Positions 1-10,645 of a stretch of DNA of 64,000 bases are shown here, piece after piece. The DNA comes from Podarcis liolepis. Taxonomy: Eukaryota. Made by a program: the position numbers and the translations under genes. Within the stretch, counting starts at the first letter, position 1; each line of letters begins with the position of its first letter. Below the pieces are notes generated by a model that was not told the DNA's origin, ran no database searches, and saw only the letters and a list, made by a program, of their open reading frames with translations. The DNA lies in NCBI GenBank assembly GCA_965112155.1, contig OZ218098.1. One strand, 5' to 3'.

Positions 1-652
1 ATGTGCAACAGGACTTTCTCTCCTTTTCTTTTCCTGCATGTCTCCTAATTCTGTTCTGGGGTTTTCCCCAACCCTCGAGAGCTGATTTGGGGAGGGCACA
101 GGGAATGCAAGTGGGGAGAAGAGTGGCAAAGTCCCGTTACGCATGTGGAAATCCTTGATGCTACGCTTCCTTAGTGCTGCATTGGATCTAAGCCTGATTC
201 ACACATCCCCAACATGCAACATTAGTGTTCTGTCACTGAGCTACACTTGTCATTTGCTCCAGTTAGATCTTGTATATATGTGTGTGTTGCAGAGAGCCAC
301 ATCAGCTGTGCATGTAAAAGTCCACTTCAAAATGCAAATCTCTTTTGACGGACTGAGATGAATGAAGATTTCCTTCCTGGTGGACTATCAAAGTCCATTC
401 CAATTTTTTTGCTGGAAAAAAATCTCACTCACACTCTTTTCAGTTGGTGGGACACACAAGTATTTATTTATACACACATGCATATTTTCCCCAGTTTATT
501 TATATGCTGCGTTTTTAAATCTGTGTTCGAAGTGCTTCACAGAAAAATCAAAGCCTGAATACAGTAATACAATAACAATACATAATAGGACACATATTAT
601 CACTGCAATACAACACTAAAAGAATAATCAACAATTGACAGTTCATTTAACA

Positions 653-1243
653 CAGGGGTCAGCAAACTTTTTCAGCAGGGGGCTGGTCCACTGTCCCTCA
701 GACCTTGTGGGGGTGCTGGACTATATTTTTTTTTGGAGGGGGGGAGAACAGATTCCTAAGCCCCACAAATAAGCCAGAGATGCATTTTAAATAAAAACAC
801 ACCTTTTTAAAAAATCTTTTTATTAAGCAATTTCAACATAACAAATTATCAAACCATATAATCACATACAATTACTTCCCCCTTTTCCCCACCCCCTTCC
901 ATCCCTCCCCCCCAGAGACTTCCCTTAGCTCCTCTCTTTAATTTCTCTGCATGTATTATTCTCTGCATATTATAAAAATATACATATACTTACCTTATCT
1001 AACTATCATGTTATCAACCAATAAATCTGTGTATGTTCATTCAAAACCTGCCAAGGAGTCCAGTTCATAAAAGCACACATTCTACTCATGTAAAAACACC
1101 AGGCAGGTCCCACAAATAACCCAGAGATGTATTTTACACATTCTACTCATGTAAAAACATGCTAATTCCCAGACTGTCTGTGGGCTGGAATAGAAGGCGA
1201 TTGGGCCGGATCTTGCTCCCGGGCCTTAGTTTGCATACCCATG
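653..1243. mobile_element. Non-autonomous hAT (Charlie-like) MITE, interrupted by an L1 fragment
   Basis: Imperfect TIRs CAGGGGTCAGCAAACT / AGTTTGCATACCCATG. Perfect 8-bp TSD ATTTAACA at 645-652 and 1244-1251. Internal duplicated motifs CCCACAAATAAnCCAGAGATG and ACACATTCTACTCATGTAAAAACA. Confidence 0.85.
803..1066 (-). mobile_element. 5'-truncated L1-type LINE 3' end nested in the hAT MITE
   Basis: The minus strand reads ...ELDSLAGFE-stop, then a G-rich 3'UTR, AATAAAAA and an A/T tail. Flanked by ATAAAAACACAC (791-802) and ATAAAAGCACAC (1067-1078). Confidence 0.7.
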
Positions 1244-1273
1244 ATTTAACATATACAGACATTTAACCAAATA

Positions 1274-1526
1274 CAGCCATACCTCGGGTTACAGACGCTT
1301 CAGGTTACGCATTTTCGGGTTGCACACTGCGCTGAACCCGGAAGTACCAGAATGGTTTACCTCCAGGTTTCGGCGCTTGCACTCGCGCAGAATCACGCTT
1401 TGCACATGTGCAGAAGCGCTGAATCACGACCCGCGCGTGCGCAGACGCGGCGCTGCAGGTTGTGAACGTTGCGGGTTGCGAACACGCATCCCGCATGGAT
1501 CACGTTCGCAACCCAAGCATCCACTG
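1274..1526. mobile_element. Tc1/mariner (Tigger-like) MITE
   Basis: TA-CAGCCATACCTCGGGTT...AACCCAAGCATCCACTG-CA: degenerate TIRs, a TA target mutated on one side, a CpG-rich interior and repeated GGTTGCG subterminal motifs. Confidence 0.7.
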
Positions 1527-2391
1527 CATCCAGTTTACTGACAGGGCAAGTCAAAATATCCATTAAGCAACTCCTTTCTGGAGGCTCCTAGCCCTGGAAG
1601 GTGGTCTAAGCCAGGTGGGGAAAGCCACCCTCTGACACAGAGTCCCTCACCCTTTGTAGTAGTTCTTCTGGCAGCAGGTCCCTTATGAAGGCTCTCACCC
1701 CTTGTGAAGGCCGCCAATGTGTATGGTACATTACAGAGTATAAAAGGAGAGGTCCCTGCCCTGAGGAGATTACAATCTTAAATTCAGCACAGGAAAAACA
1801 ACAGAGCAATGCTGTTATTTTAAATTGCTATGAATATGAATTCAGAAATAAAATGGGAGCTTGCCATAGATCTACCGCAGAACCTCTTGAATGGTGGGTT
1901 AGATATCCTGGCTAGGTGTGCGGGACAAACTCTCTTGACAGTTTAAAATCCCATGGCTGGTTATGATGATGGATTGATTCAATTTCTTACCTTCTCTTCA
2001 CCATAATATTGCAGCAATTTTCAAAATGTAGGATTAGAAACATGTTACAATAAATTACAGTCACAAAAAGTGTGTGTGTTTGTGTGTGTGTGTGTGTGTG
2101 AAAGTGACTGGCCAGCTGGCCATGAGCCAAGCCAAAATTGGCGCCTGCATCTCCATGGGGCATCTTCATTGCCTGACTAGGCTACTTCTCAGGCTCTCCC
2201 TACACACATTTTCCTTAATAAGAAAAGAAAAAAGAAAATACGCTTCTGCTTGCATCTTAATTATAAGTACAAAGCAGATTTGTCATATTCCTGTGATTGG
2301 GAAGGGACTTGGTTAATGCAAAAACACAACTGCATAATGCTAATCATTGACTTTGTTATGCAGTTAATGGAAGAAAAGGTAGCAATATATA

Positions 2392-2617
2392 CAGTGGTAC
2401 CTCAGGTTACATACGCTTCAGGTCACAGACTCCGCTAACCCAGAAATAGTGCTTCAGGTTAAGAACTTTGCTTCAGGATAAGAACAAAAATTGTGCTCTG
2501 GGGGCGAGGCGGCAGCGGGAGGCCCCATTAGCTAAAGTGGTGCTTCAGGTTAAGAACAGTTTCAGGTTAAGTACGGACCTCCGGAACGAATTAAGTACTT
2601 AACCCGAGGTACCACTG
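2392..2617. mobile_element. Tc1/mariner (Tigger-like) MITE
   Basis: TIRs CAGTGGTACCTCAGGTTA / TAACCCGAGGTACCACTG, TA TSD on both sides, and an internal repeated TTCAGGTTAAG motif. Confidence 0.9.
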
Positions 2618-2935
2618 TATTTTGGGGGAAAGCCCTGAAATCTGATTGTAAAATAATTTATGATTAATGCAACATTCTACATTAAATATTTTGCTGCCAT
2701 ATCCCTCATTTATTGTTATCATTTCATATAAGGCATCTTACCAAAGTTCAGCACTTTTTTCAGTGGCACAGGTGATCTCTCGGGGGGGGGGGGAGCACCA
2801 TGCAGATGCTCCCAAGCTCAACTCACAATATTAAGGAGGCAGATGATGGGAAAGATTCTCCACCTGGGAGCTCCTGCCATTCACAATAGATGAATGACCC
2901 AGCCTGAAGTAGGTGTGTTCCATGTGCTGGATATA

Positions 2936-3260
2936 CAGTGGTACCCCGCAAGACGAATGCCTCGCAAGACGGAAAACTCGCTAGATGAAAGAGTTTTCCG
3001 TTTTGGAGGTGCTTCGTAAAATGAATCTCCTATGGGCTTGCTTCGCAAGACGAAAATGTCTTGCGAGTTCCTGCTGGTTTTTTCCCCTTCCCCCCTTTTT
3101 TCTAAGCCGCTAAGCCGCTTATCAGCTGATCCGATAAGCTGATAAACCGCTAATAGCGCTAATCCTCTAATCCGTCAATGGGCTTGCTTCGCAAGACAAA
3201 AAAACCGCTAGACAAAGAGAATCACAGAACGGATTCTTTTCGTCTTGCGAGGCACCACTG
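2936..3260 (+). mobile_element. Tc1/mariner (Tigger-like) MITE, GCAAGACG family, copy 1 (strand arbitrary)
   Basis: 22-bp TIRs CAGTGGTACCCCGCAAGACGAA / TTCGTCTTGCGAGGCACCACTG and TA TSDs. An inverted homologue lies at 47311-47724. Confidence 0.9.
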
Positions 3261-3262
3261 TA

Positions 3263-3410
3263 CACCATGCATTTTAAGCCTATGGCTCCCCCACCCCAAG
3301 AATCCTGGGAACAGTAGCTTAGCTGCAAATTCCTGGAACCCTTAACAAATGTCAGTTCCCAGAATCCTTTGTGGGGGAGCCATGCTCTTTAAATGTGTCC
3401 TGTATATTTA
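3263..3410. mobile_element. Palindromic MITE-like repeat, same family as 28015-28180
   Basis: Inverted arms CCAAGAATCCTGGGAAC / GTTCCCAGAATCCTTTG, homologous to the 28 kb copy. Confidence 0.6.
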
Positions 3411-3647
3411 GTCTCTCTCCCATTAGAATTAATGGCAGGTTGAAAGTGCTTGGCTGTGGGCTGACCTGGGCTCATTTCCCCACATCATGTCACAATTCTT
3501 TGCCAGGAGAGATAATACTGGATGACCCAGTCCCTTGTTATGAAGTAACTGTAGCGGCACTTTGACAATGCAATGCTGATATCCAAATGGCTTCTGGAGG
3601 CAAGTTGTGAGAGCTTGTGTAGCATAAGTGACTAAGAGAACAAGACT

Positions 3648-3748
3648 GCAATCCTAACCCCACTTAACTGGGAGTAATTGAATTCAACATGACCCATTGA
3701 ATTCAACATGACTTACTTCTGAGTGGACATAGCTTAAGACTGCACTGT
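3648..3748. mobile_element. Short (~90 bp) palindromic squamate MITE inserted in a MIR-like SINE
   Basis: GCAATCCTAAC...CCCATTGAATTCAA...ACTTACTTCTGAGT...TAAGACTGC, with an internal duplicated TTGAATTCAACATGAC. Related copies near 24540, 45775, 63103 and 63710. Confidence 0.6.
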
Positions 3749-6407
3749 AAAGGATAAGTAAGGCATTCAAATCTTGCCATGAGCTCTTAACCTCAGTTCC
3801 TCTCCCCCCTCCAATAATAAGGGACAACACTGGTCTGCCTTGCAAGGCTGTTCTGAGGGTTTGCCATCACCTTCAAGCACCAAATCATGCCAAGTATCAT
3901 TACTAATGAAATTGCTTTGCAAGTGGTATTTATTGCTGGGCTTTTAACAACGCTGCACTTAATGCGCCTTTCTTTACAGGTCTCGGAATAACCTGCTCTT
4001 GCAGTTAAGATTGGTTTTGAATGAGCCGAATGAAGAAATTTCCATTTTAAGGCCTTTTCTGCTTCACTTTCACTTTTCTTGCACGTGTTTCTGTGTGTGT
4101 ACAGGCTACTTTGGGGACTTCGTGCAGTAAGTTACAAAGATGGAGCATGACAGTCACAATAGCGCACACTATTAGCTAGACCTCGGCTCTATTACAGTTC
4201 TATGTTTGGTGACACAGAATCAAGAGACTCAAGGTTACAAGGTCGAAGGTAGCAAAACATTACATTAATCTGTTCAGTTTGTAGACACAAGTGCATCAAT
4301 CTCCAAGTGTAATATAGTTCACTGTTTAATTATGAAGCACCGAGAGCTAAGTGTATAATTAATAAACTGTTATTTTTTTCGGTGGGGGGGGGAATCCTAG
4401 GAAAAACAAATAGATGGTGAAGTATCGGTTCATTTAGCCTCATTTCCCTTGTTTTATTAACCCAGTAGTTATTGGTGAGAAGTGCTCTGCTTAAATTGCT
4501 CATAATAGTACAAAATTACTTGAAGGCATCTTGGCAAATTGTTCCTCTTTCTCTGATTATGTCTATGAAAGCAGTGTCAGAAAATCAATCTAAGCAGCAA
4601 AATTAATATACCAATTCAATTGAAAGTACTTAGCTTATATATTTGGTGAATGCAAAGCAATACAATGGGCTAACACAGATGTGTGTGTGTGTGTGTGTGT
4701 GTGCGCGCCCCCCCCCCCCCCACATATAAAAATTACATTAGCCATCAGGGAATTTTTTAAAAAGAAAAAAAACAGAACAAATATTTATTTATTCCACACC
4801 ACATTGTTTTGTGAATATTATTTAATGGCAGCAGCTGGTGAATGCTGAAGGCTGGGTGTGCTTTTGTAGACTATTATATCTGATATAATATATTTAAGTA
4901 GAGGTAGTGTACAGGAAGAAACTTGATGGTCAGTTTCACTAGACTGACATGTGGTGCTAGTTATCGGTGGAAAGTTAACAGGAGAACACATATGAAAACA
5001 AGGAAACCTCATTAAAACATTCTCCTCAGTTTGGACTTACTCACTTTAGAGAAGGAAGGAGATGTGAGTGAACCAAAATTGTATTCTGAGGCAGAGGGGA
5101 TGTATATGCTGTTGCTATAAGCTGGATGTGAATATGGAAGACTCTCCTGACAAGAGAGTCTTCCAAAGGGCAGCCTATAAGCACATCATTAGCAGTTGGG
5201 TGATGCATCTTTGCATGTTATTTTCACTAATATACACATTTTATGCACACTTTCCCCTAATATGCAAATTCCTATACACAAAAATCAGCATGAGAACTGC
5301 ATTGCAATATTTGGAGAAGTGTGCATTTTGACGTGTGCAGTTTGTGTTTCAGTTTGCGTATTATTTCAGGAAATGCAGATCAGGTAGTAATTTGTGTTTG
5401 ACTGCAAACCAAATCATTTTTTTTCTCACTTCCCAGGATGGACCTCATCTTTTGTATTTCTTCTGATATAAAATGGGGTGGGAAGGAGGACATTCTGAAT
5501 GCCTGAGAGTGTGGGGGTTGGGGTGGAAAAGACTTTTCAGGGCAGACTTTTCAGAAGCCAAGGGAGAAGGAGAAGGACTGCCTCAGCTGATAGCATCTGT
5601 GTGCTCTTATAGTACTCCTCATTTGGCAGGGAGAGGAACAATGGGGAGCAATCAGATTCAGTTCCCATTTAAAACTCCCCCTGCCCCGTCACACTTTGTG
5701 AAACAGAATGAAACACAACCATTGCTTCAATGTTGCACTTCTCTAAATATGGCAGTGCAATTCTCCAGCCAAGTAAAATATGTACAAAAATGTGTACATA
5801 TTAAGGTAAAGTGTGCATAAAAATGCACCTATTGGAGAAAATAGAAAGCAACAATTGCACTAAATTGGGGGAAATTGCTTTGCAAACATGTGTATATTAG
5901 GCAAGACAACATAAAAAGTGTGTGTATTAGGATAAATTCTCACTGGAATGCTTAATGAATGTTCACGAGGACTTTTTAAAGGGAAGAAATGGAAAACTGA
6001 TGAGGAATAGTGGGGAACAGAATTTATGTTTGGGAAAATGACAAACTGAGAGAAACTAAAATTGACAATGTCTCCCATCCCTGTGAAAGGCGCTGGAAAC
6101 TAATTGCCTACAACCTGCATGTAATTAGTATTTGTCAGGAGTGGCCTGCAGGGAAAGACTGCAACGCAGACCTGGTCTCCTGGCAGTGGCATCTCTGCTG
6201 CATTCAGGCATGGTGGAGAGGGTGGTGCAGTTTGGGCACACTGGTGGGACTGCTGGGATGAAACAAAAGAGAAACATTCATTCATAAAAATGAGGAAACC
6301 CCAACTAAGCACAGCTAAAGCAAAGGCTTCAATTTTAAGGAAGCAAATGCAAAATGAAGCCAATTCCTATCTGCCATGGCAAGCTTTTCATTCACTTTGA
6401 ATTTAAA

Positions 6408-6588
6408 GGGATCATATGTAGCTCAGAAGGAGAGCACTAGCTTTGTGTGTAGAGGATGTTGGATCGAATCCCAGCCATCTCCAGCTGAAAAGCTTCAGGT
6501 AGCAGGCTTTGAGGACCCAGAGAGCTACGGGCTGAGATAAACAATATTGGGATGAGGAGCCCAAAAGTCTGACTCAGCATAAGGCAGC

Positions 6589-6598
<10 letters not shown>
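6408..6598 (+). mobile_element. tRNA-derived Squam3-type SINE (degenerate)
   Basis: A-box-like TAGCTCAG, B-box-like GATCGAATCC, and the 3' motif GTCTGACTCAGCATAAGGCAGCTTCATA. Confidence 0.65.

Positions 6599-6639
<41 letters not shown>
6596..6639. repeat. (CT)n microsatellite
   Basis: Uninterrupted TC run at the SINE tail. Confidence 0.95.
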
Positions 6640-6643
<4 letters not shown>

Positions 6644-6919
6644 ACTCAACGTCTGAACTTTACATTTTACAATATCTCCTCCATTGCCGCTACTGACTTT
6701 AAACAAATGACATAAATTTGTATGTCTGTTAAGTGAATCCAAGTGAATATACAGTGTAAGGGCTAAGGGCTGTTTTGGATGCTGCTCAGGGCAATTAGCT
6801 GACAGAGGAAGAAAGACTGCTCCCACTTCTAAAGGGTTAAAGTATCTGCTTTTAAATTTAATAATTGTACATCCTGAAGGAGATCTCATTTCTTCAACTG
6901 CCAGTTCTTATGTAGCCAA

Positions 6920-7092
6920 CAGGGGTCCAACTTGACTAAAATATTGGGAGGGCCAGGCAAGCCTCACCCTACATAATGGTGCTTGTGTACACCATTTGAA
7001 TGCCAATGCCTATCAACTTTCCCCAGCCCCGGCCCCCTCAAATATTTTAGGGGGGGCAAAGACCTCTTAGCCCCTAGGAGTTGACTCCTATG
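6920..7092. mobile_element. hAT MITE (family also at 20965 and 29905)
   Basis: Termini CAGGGGTCCAACT / AGTTGACTCCTATG. Perfect 8-bp TSD GTAGCCAA at 6912-6919 and 7093-7100. Confidence 0.85.
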
Positions 7093-8619
7093 GTAGCCAA
7101 AATGGCACCACCCATGCAGAAGTGTACCAGATATATCAGCATAGTCAGCGAAACCACAAGGTTTGCAGCACAATGAGAACTGAGCATGCTTAATGGGCAT
7201 GGAATGCTGACTGGCTCTCTAGGGAAGGGATAGAAAACCAGGAGGGAGGGGAAATGGAATGGAATGAAATGGCTGACGAGAAGCAGTCTGCAATGGAACA
7301 TTTTGTTGCATGCCCCTCTTGCATTACCTGTCACGATTTGGGTGATTACTAGTATACCAAGCCATCTAAACCATCACAGAAAGTTCAGCCACACATGCTT
7401 CAAATGTGGAAATGAATTGCCAGTTTCACACCATATGTTTTCTTCATCACTTTCCAACACTGATCTGTTTCCATTGTGAAGATTGTTTCTAAGCTGGTGG
7501 AAATTTTAAGGTGGCAAGTGGAAAGACCAAGAGGATACAAGGCCCCTGATCTCCCATTCTTGTATTTGAAGCAGTAATCATCACTAGCAAATCACCAACA
7601 GACATCACATTTGCCAGTCTTCAAGCTAAGGCCTCTTTGTGTGAGTTCTTCAGTGAAGTGTGCACCTGTTTAATCAGACGTGACACTTCATGCACCATTC
7701 CCAGACAATGCATACATTCATGGGGATTCAGAAGATGATTGCACCACACCTAGCAACAACAACAAGAGTTTAAGCTCAGGTGGATAGGAAGATGTTGTGG
7801 CCAGGATATTACACAGTTTAATTTTTGTTGGAAGCATTCTATTATTTGGATAGATTTTAATCCTTTTAATCCTGTTCTTTAGTGTTAGGACTAGATATGT
7901 GGTCAGCAGCTTGTATGCGACACTGAGAAAGTGATATGAGATGCAGCAGTTTCAGAGGAGGAACACTATAAAACACTATAAAACTCTCAAAGTTTACAAT
8001 CATTATAAGGGGAGAATGCCAGCCAGTAGGCGCCCATGTGCTGGGGGCATAATCAGCTTTCTGACACTGGCTTCACTGCAGCTTACTTGGATGAGGCTGG
8101 ACCAGGACTAGGGCTGTCACAAAGGATTGGTTTTCATGTTCTGTGTGTTGGGGTACCCTGGGAATCCTCAGAGGCTTATTAGAGATCTGAAATGAGGTCG
8201 TGGTGGTAAGTTGCCATCATCACCCTTCCCAGTTGCAGGGAGTATGGCGCTTGTGTTTTAGATCACTCAGCTCACCTTGGGTGAGGCCCAGCAAATGCAG
8301 GCAGCTTCCCATGTGAACTGAAAATTAGCCTTGGAATCTGTAGCAGATTTGTAAGGGTGCCAGTTTTCAGTTGATAAGTTGATGTAAATACAAATAATGG
8401 CAGGAAGCCCCATTCCAAAATGGACTTGGGAGCAGGTGTTTACAGTACCTCTCTTAAGTGTGAAATTCTGTACTCTTGACCATTACTGGAGTGCATTTCT
8501 CCTGGGATTTGACCGATTTGTCTTTGGATAGATAGTGCCTGAAGAACTACCCTGTACCCTGAGAAATGGAAAGATATGTCTTGGATAACCAATAGAGTTT
8601 TGCTCGCCACAGTGTTTTT

Positions 8620-8774
8620 TGTGCCACAAGCGGTTTAGTCATGCTGGCCACATGACCTGGAAAGCTGTCTGCAGACAAACACCAGCTCTCTTGGCCTGAG
8701 AGCGGAGACGAGTGCCACACCCCAAAGTCAAATTTGACTGGACCTAACCATCTAGGGGTCCTTTACCTTTACCT
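8620..8774 (+). mobile_element. 5'-truncated Sauria (Squam1) SINE
   Basis: AGCGGTTTAGTCATGCTGGCCACATGACC...GGGGTCCTTTACCTTTACCT tail, homologous to the full copies at 18.9 and 29.3 kb. Confidence 0.85.
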
Positions 8775-9162
8775 ACCCAGTAAAAGTACCAGCTTTCATT
8801 AGAACCACACCAGGGAGCCATACCCAGAGAAGCAGCCTAAATATATAATTACTATCACAAGTTGTTTCTTTTGGACACTTGAAAATTTGGTCACTTCAGA
8901 CTGCAAACGTATATATGGGAAAGTCTTCCTGAACACAATAGGATTTTCCTCTGCATAGATATGCATAGAATTGTGCTGTACATCATTATTCTTATGAGGT
9001 TGCTAAAAGGGTGTGTGGATCCAATTATGGGCATGGGTCAGTCTTCCAGACATGTGTCACTGTGGTCATGCCTTTGTTTGTCTTACTCCTCATTACCAAT
9101 AACCATGTGCATCAGTACAGCAATTAAATATTTGCAAGCAGAAAATACAATATATTCAGAAA

Positions 9163-9216
9163 TACTACTACTACTACTAGTAGTACTACTACTACTACTA
9201 GTAGTAGTAGTAGTAG
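9163..9216. repeat. Compound (TAC)n/(TAG)n self-complementary trinucleotide repeat
   Basis: TACTACTACTACTACTAGTAGTACTACTACTACTACTAGTAGTAGTAGTAGTAG. Confidence 0.95.
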
Positions 9217-10023
9217 CATTAGTAATATTTTACCTTTTACTATTTTTAAAGCCTTTTTTTCTATGTAAGCTAAGATGTTCTTTTCATTGCTAAGTCCTTG
9301 ATAAAATTGTCTTGAAGTTTTAAAGAGGTTTGGTCTCCTTGCCAAGTACCAAGATTCTAGTCTTGCACATGATTTTGTACAGTTCAAAACAAACACAATA
9401 CCTAACAACTCCTTTCTTCTTAATGAAAGTGAACTTTTTTTAAAAAAATGAGAAGGGAGAACAATTCTTCAAAAATTCCTAATTATCTTCCTTTAAATCC
9501 TTTTTAAATTAGAATCACAAGCCTTGTACAAATACAGTTTGGTCCCACAGCTTATCTGATGGATTAGCAACAAAATAACTATTCAGGAACGGGGGTGGGG
9601 TGGGGGTGACAATCATTATACCTGAATACTGAACATGATGCTTGTTGCTTAAACTGGGTTTTAATAAGTGTGCAATAGCACATGAAACCTCCTGTAGTAT
9701 TTACGTTATGCCACAGTCTTCTTTAATGCAAGGACATTCCAACAAAAAACCAACCTGAAAGGGGACATTGAAAGGCCTTCTGAAAATTCGTTCACGCGGC
9801 CACTGCCTTTAGGCTTCCACCACACAGTACAAAGTTACTCTGTGTCCTTCTCTTCTCTGGTTACTACAGAGCTATTTTCTGAGAACCGATTCATAACAAA
9901 GAATTTTCGTTTGAGAGAGCCCGGGCCTAGACTGACGCCATGGGCCTTTCCCCACCCCAAGAGCCTTTTGTTTAGTGCCAAAAGAATCGCTCCATTCATT
10001 ATCCCCACAGATGCTTGGCCCGG

Positions 10024-10211
10024 NNNNNNNNNNNNNNNNNNNNNNNNNNNNNNNNNNNNNNNNNNNNNNNNNNNNNNNNNNNNNNNNNNNNNNNNNNNNN
10101 NNNNNNNNNNNNNNNNNNNNNNNNNNNNNNNNNNNNNNNNNNNNNNNNNNNNNNNNNNNNNNNNNNNNNNNNNNNNNNNNNNNNNNNNNNNNNNNNNNNN
10201 NNNNNNNNNNN
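10024..10211. other. N block, 188 nt
   Basis: Run of N in unique sequence. Confidence 0.99.
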
Positions 10212-10513
10212 CCAGCACTAGATTAGTCACACTTTGAGGCAGGGCTTTGGAGAAGGGGTCAGAACAAAGCTACTGTACTCTGGTATTTCACAGTCAGAGG
10301 AACAGAAGCATAATAAATGGGCTCTGTAATTTAAATCAAGGAGCTGCTGCAGGAAACTGCTGCCTCTTTCACTTGAGGAATTAGCACACTGCACTGTGCT
10401 GCTTGACACCGCATCACATATAAGAAGGCTGGACAACTTTGCTCTTAAAATTGGAATGAATGCCGCGATTATGTTGGATGAGGCTCTTCTGAAATCGGCA
10501 GAAGAAAGGCTTC

Positions 10514-10645
10514 NNNNNNNNNNNNNNNNNNNNNNNNNNNNNNNNNNNNNNNNNNNNNNNNNNNNNNNNNNNNNNNNNNNNNNNNNNNNNNNNNNNNNNN
10601 NNNNNNNNNNNNNNNNNNNNNNNNNNNNNNNNNNNNNNNNNNNNN
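10514..10645. other. N block, 132 nt
   Basis: Run of N in unique sequence. Confidence 0.99.

Noticed and set aside
8961-9408. Apparent transmembrane poly-Leu/Val ORFs
   Set aside because: They are translations of the TAC/TAG microsatellite.
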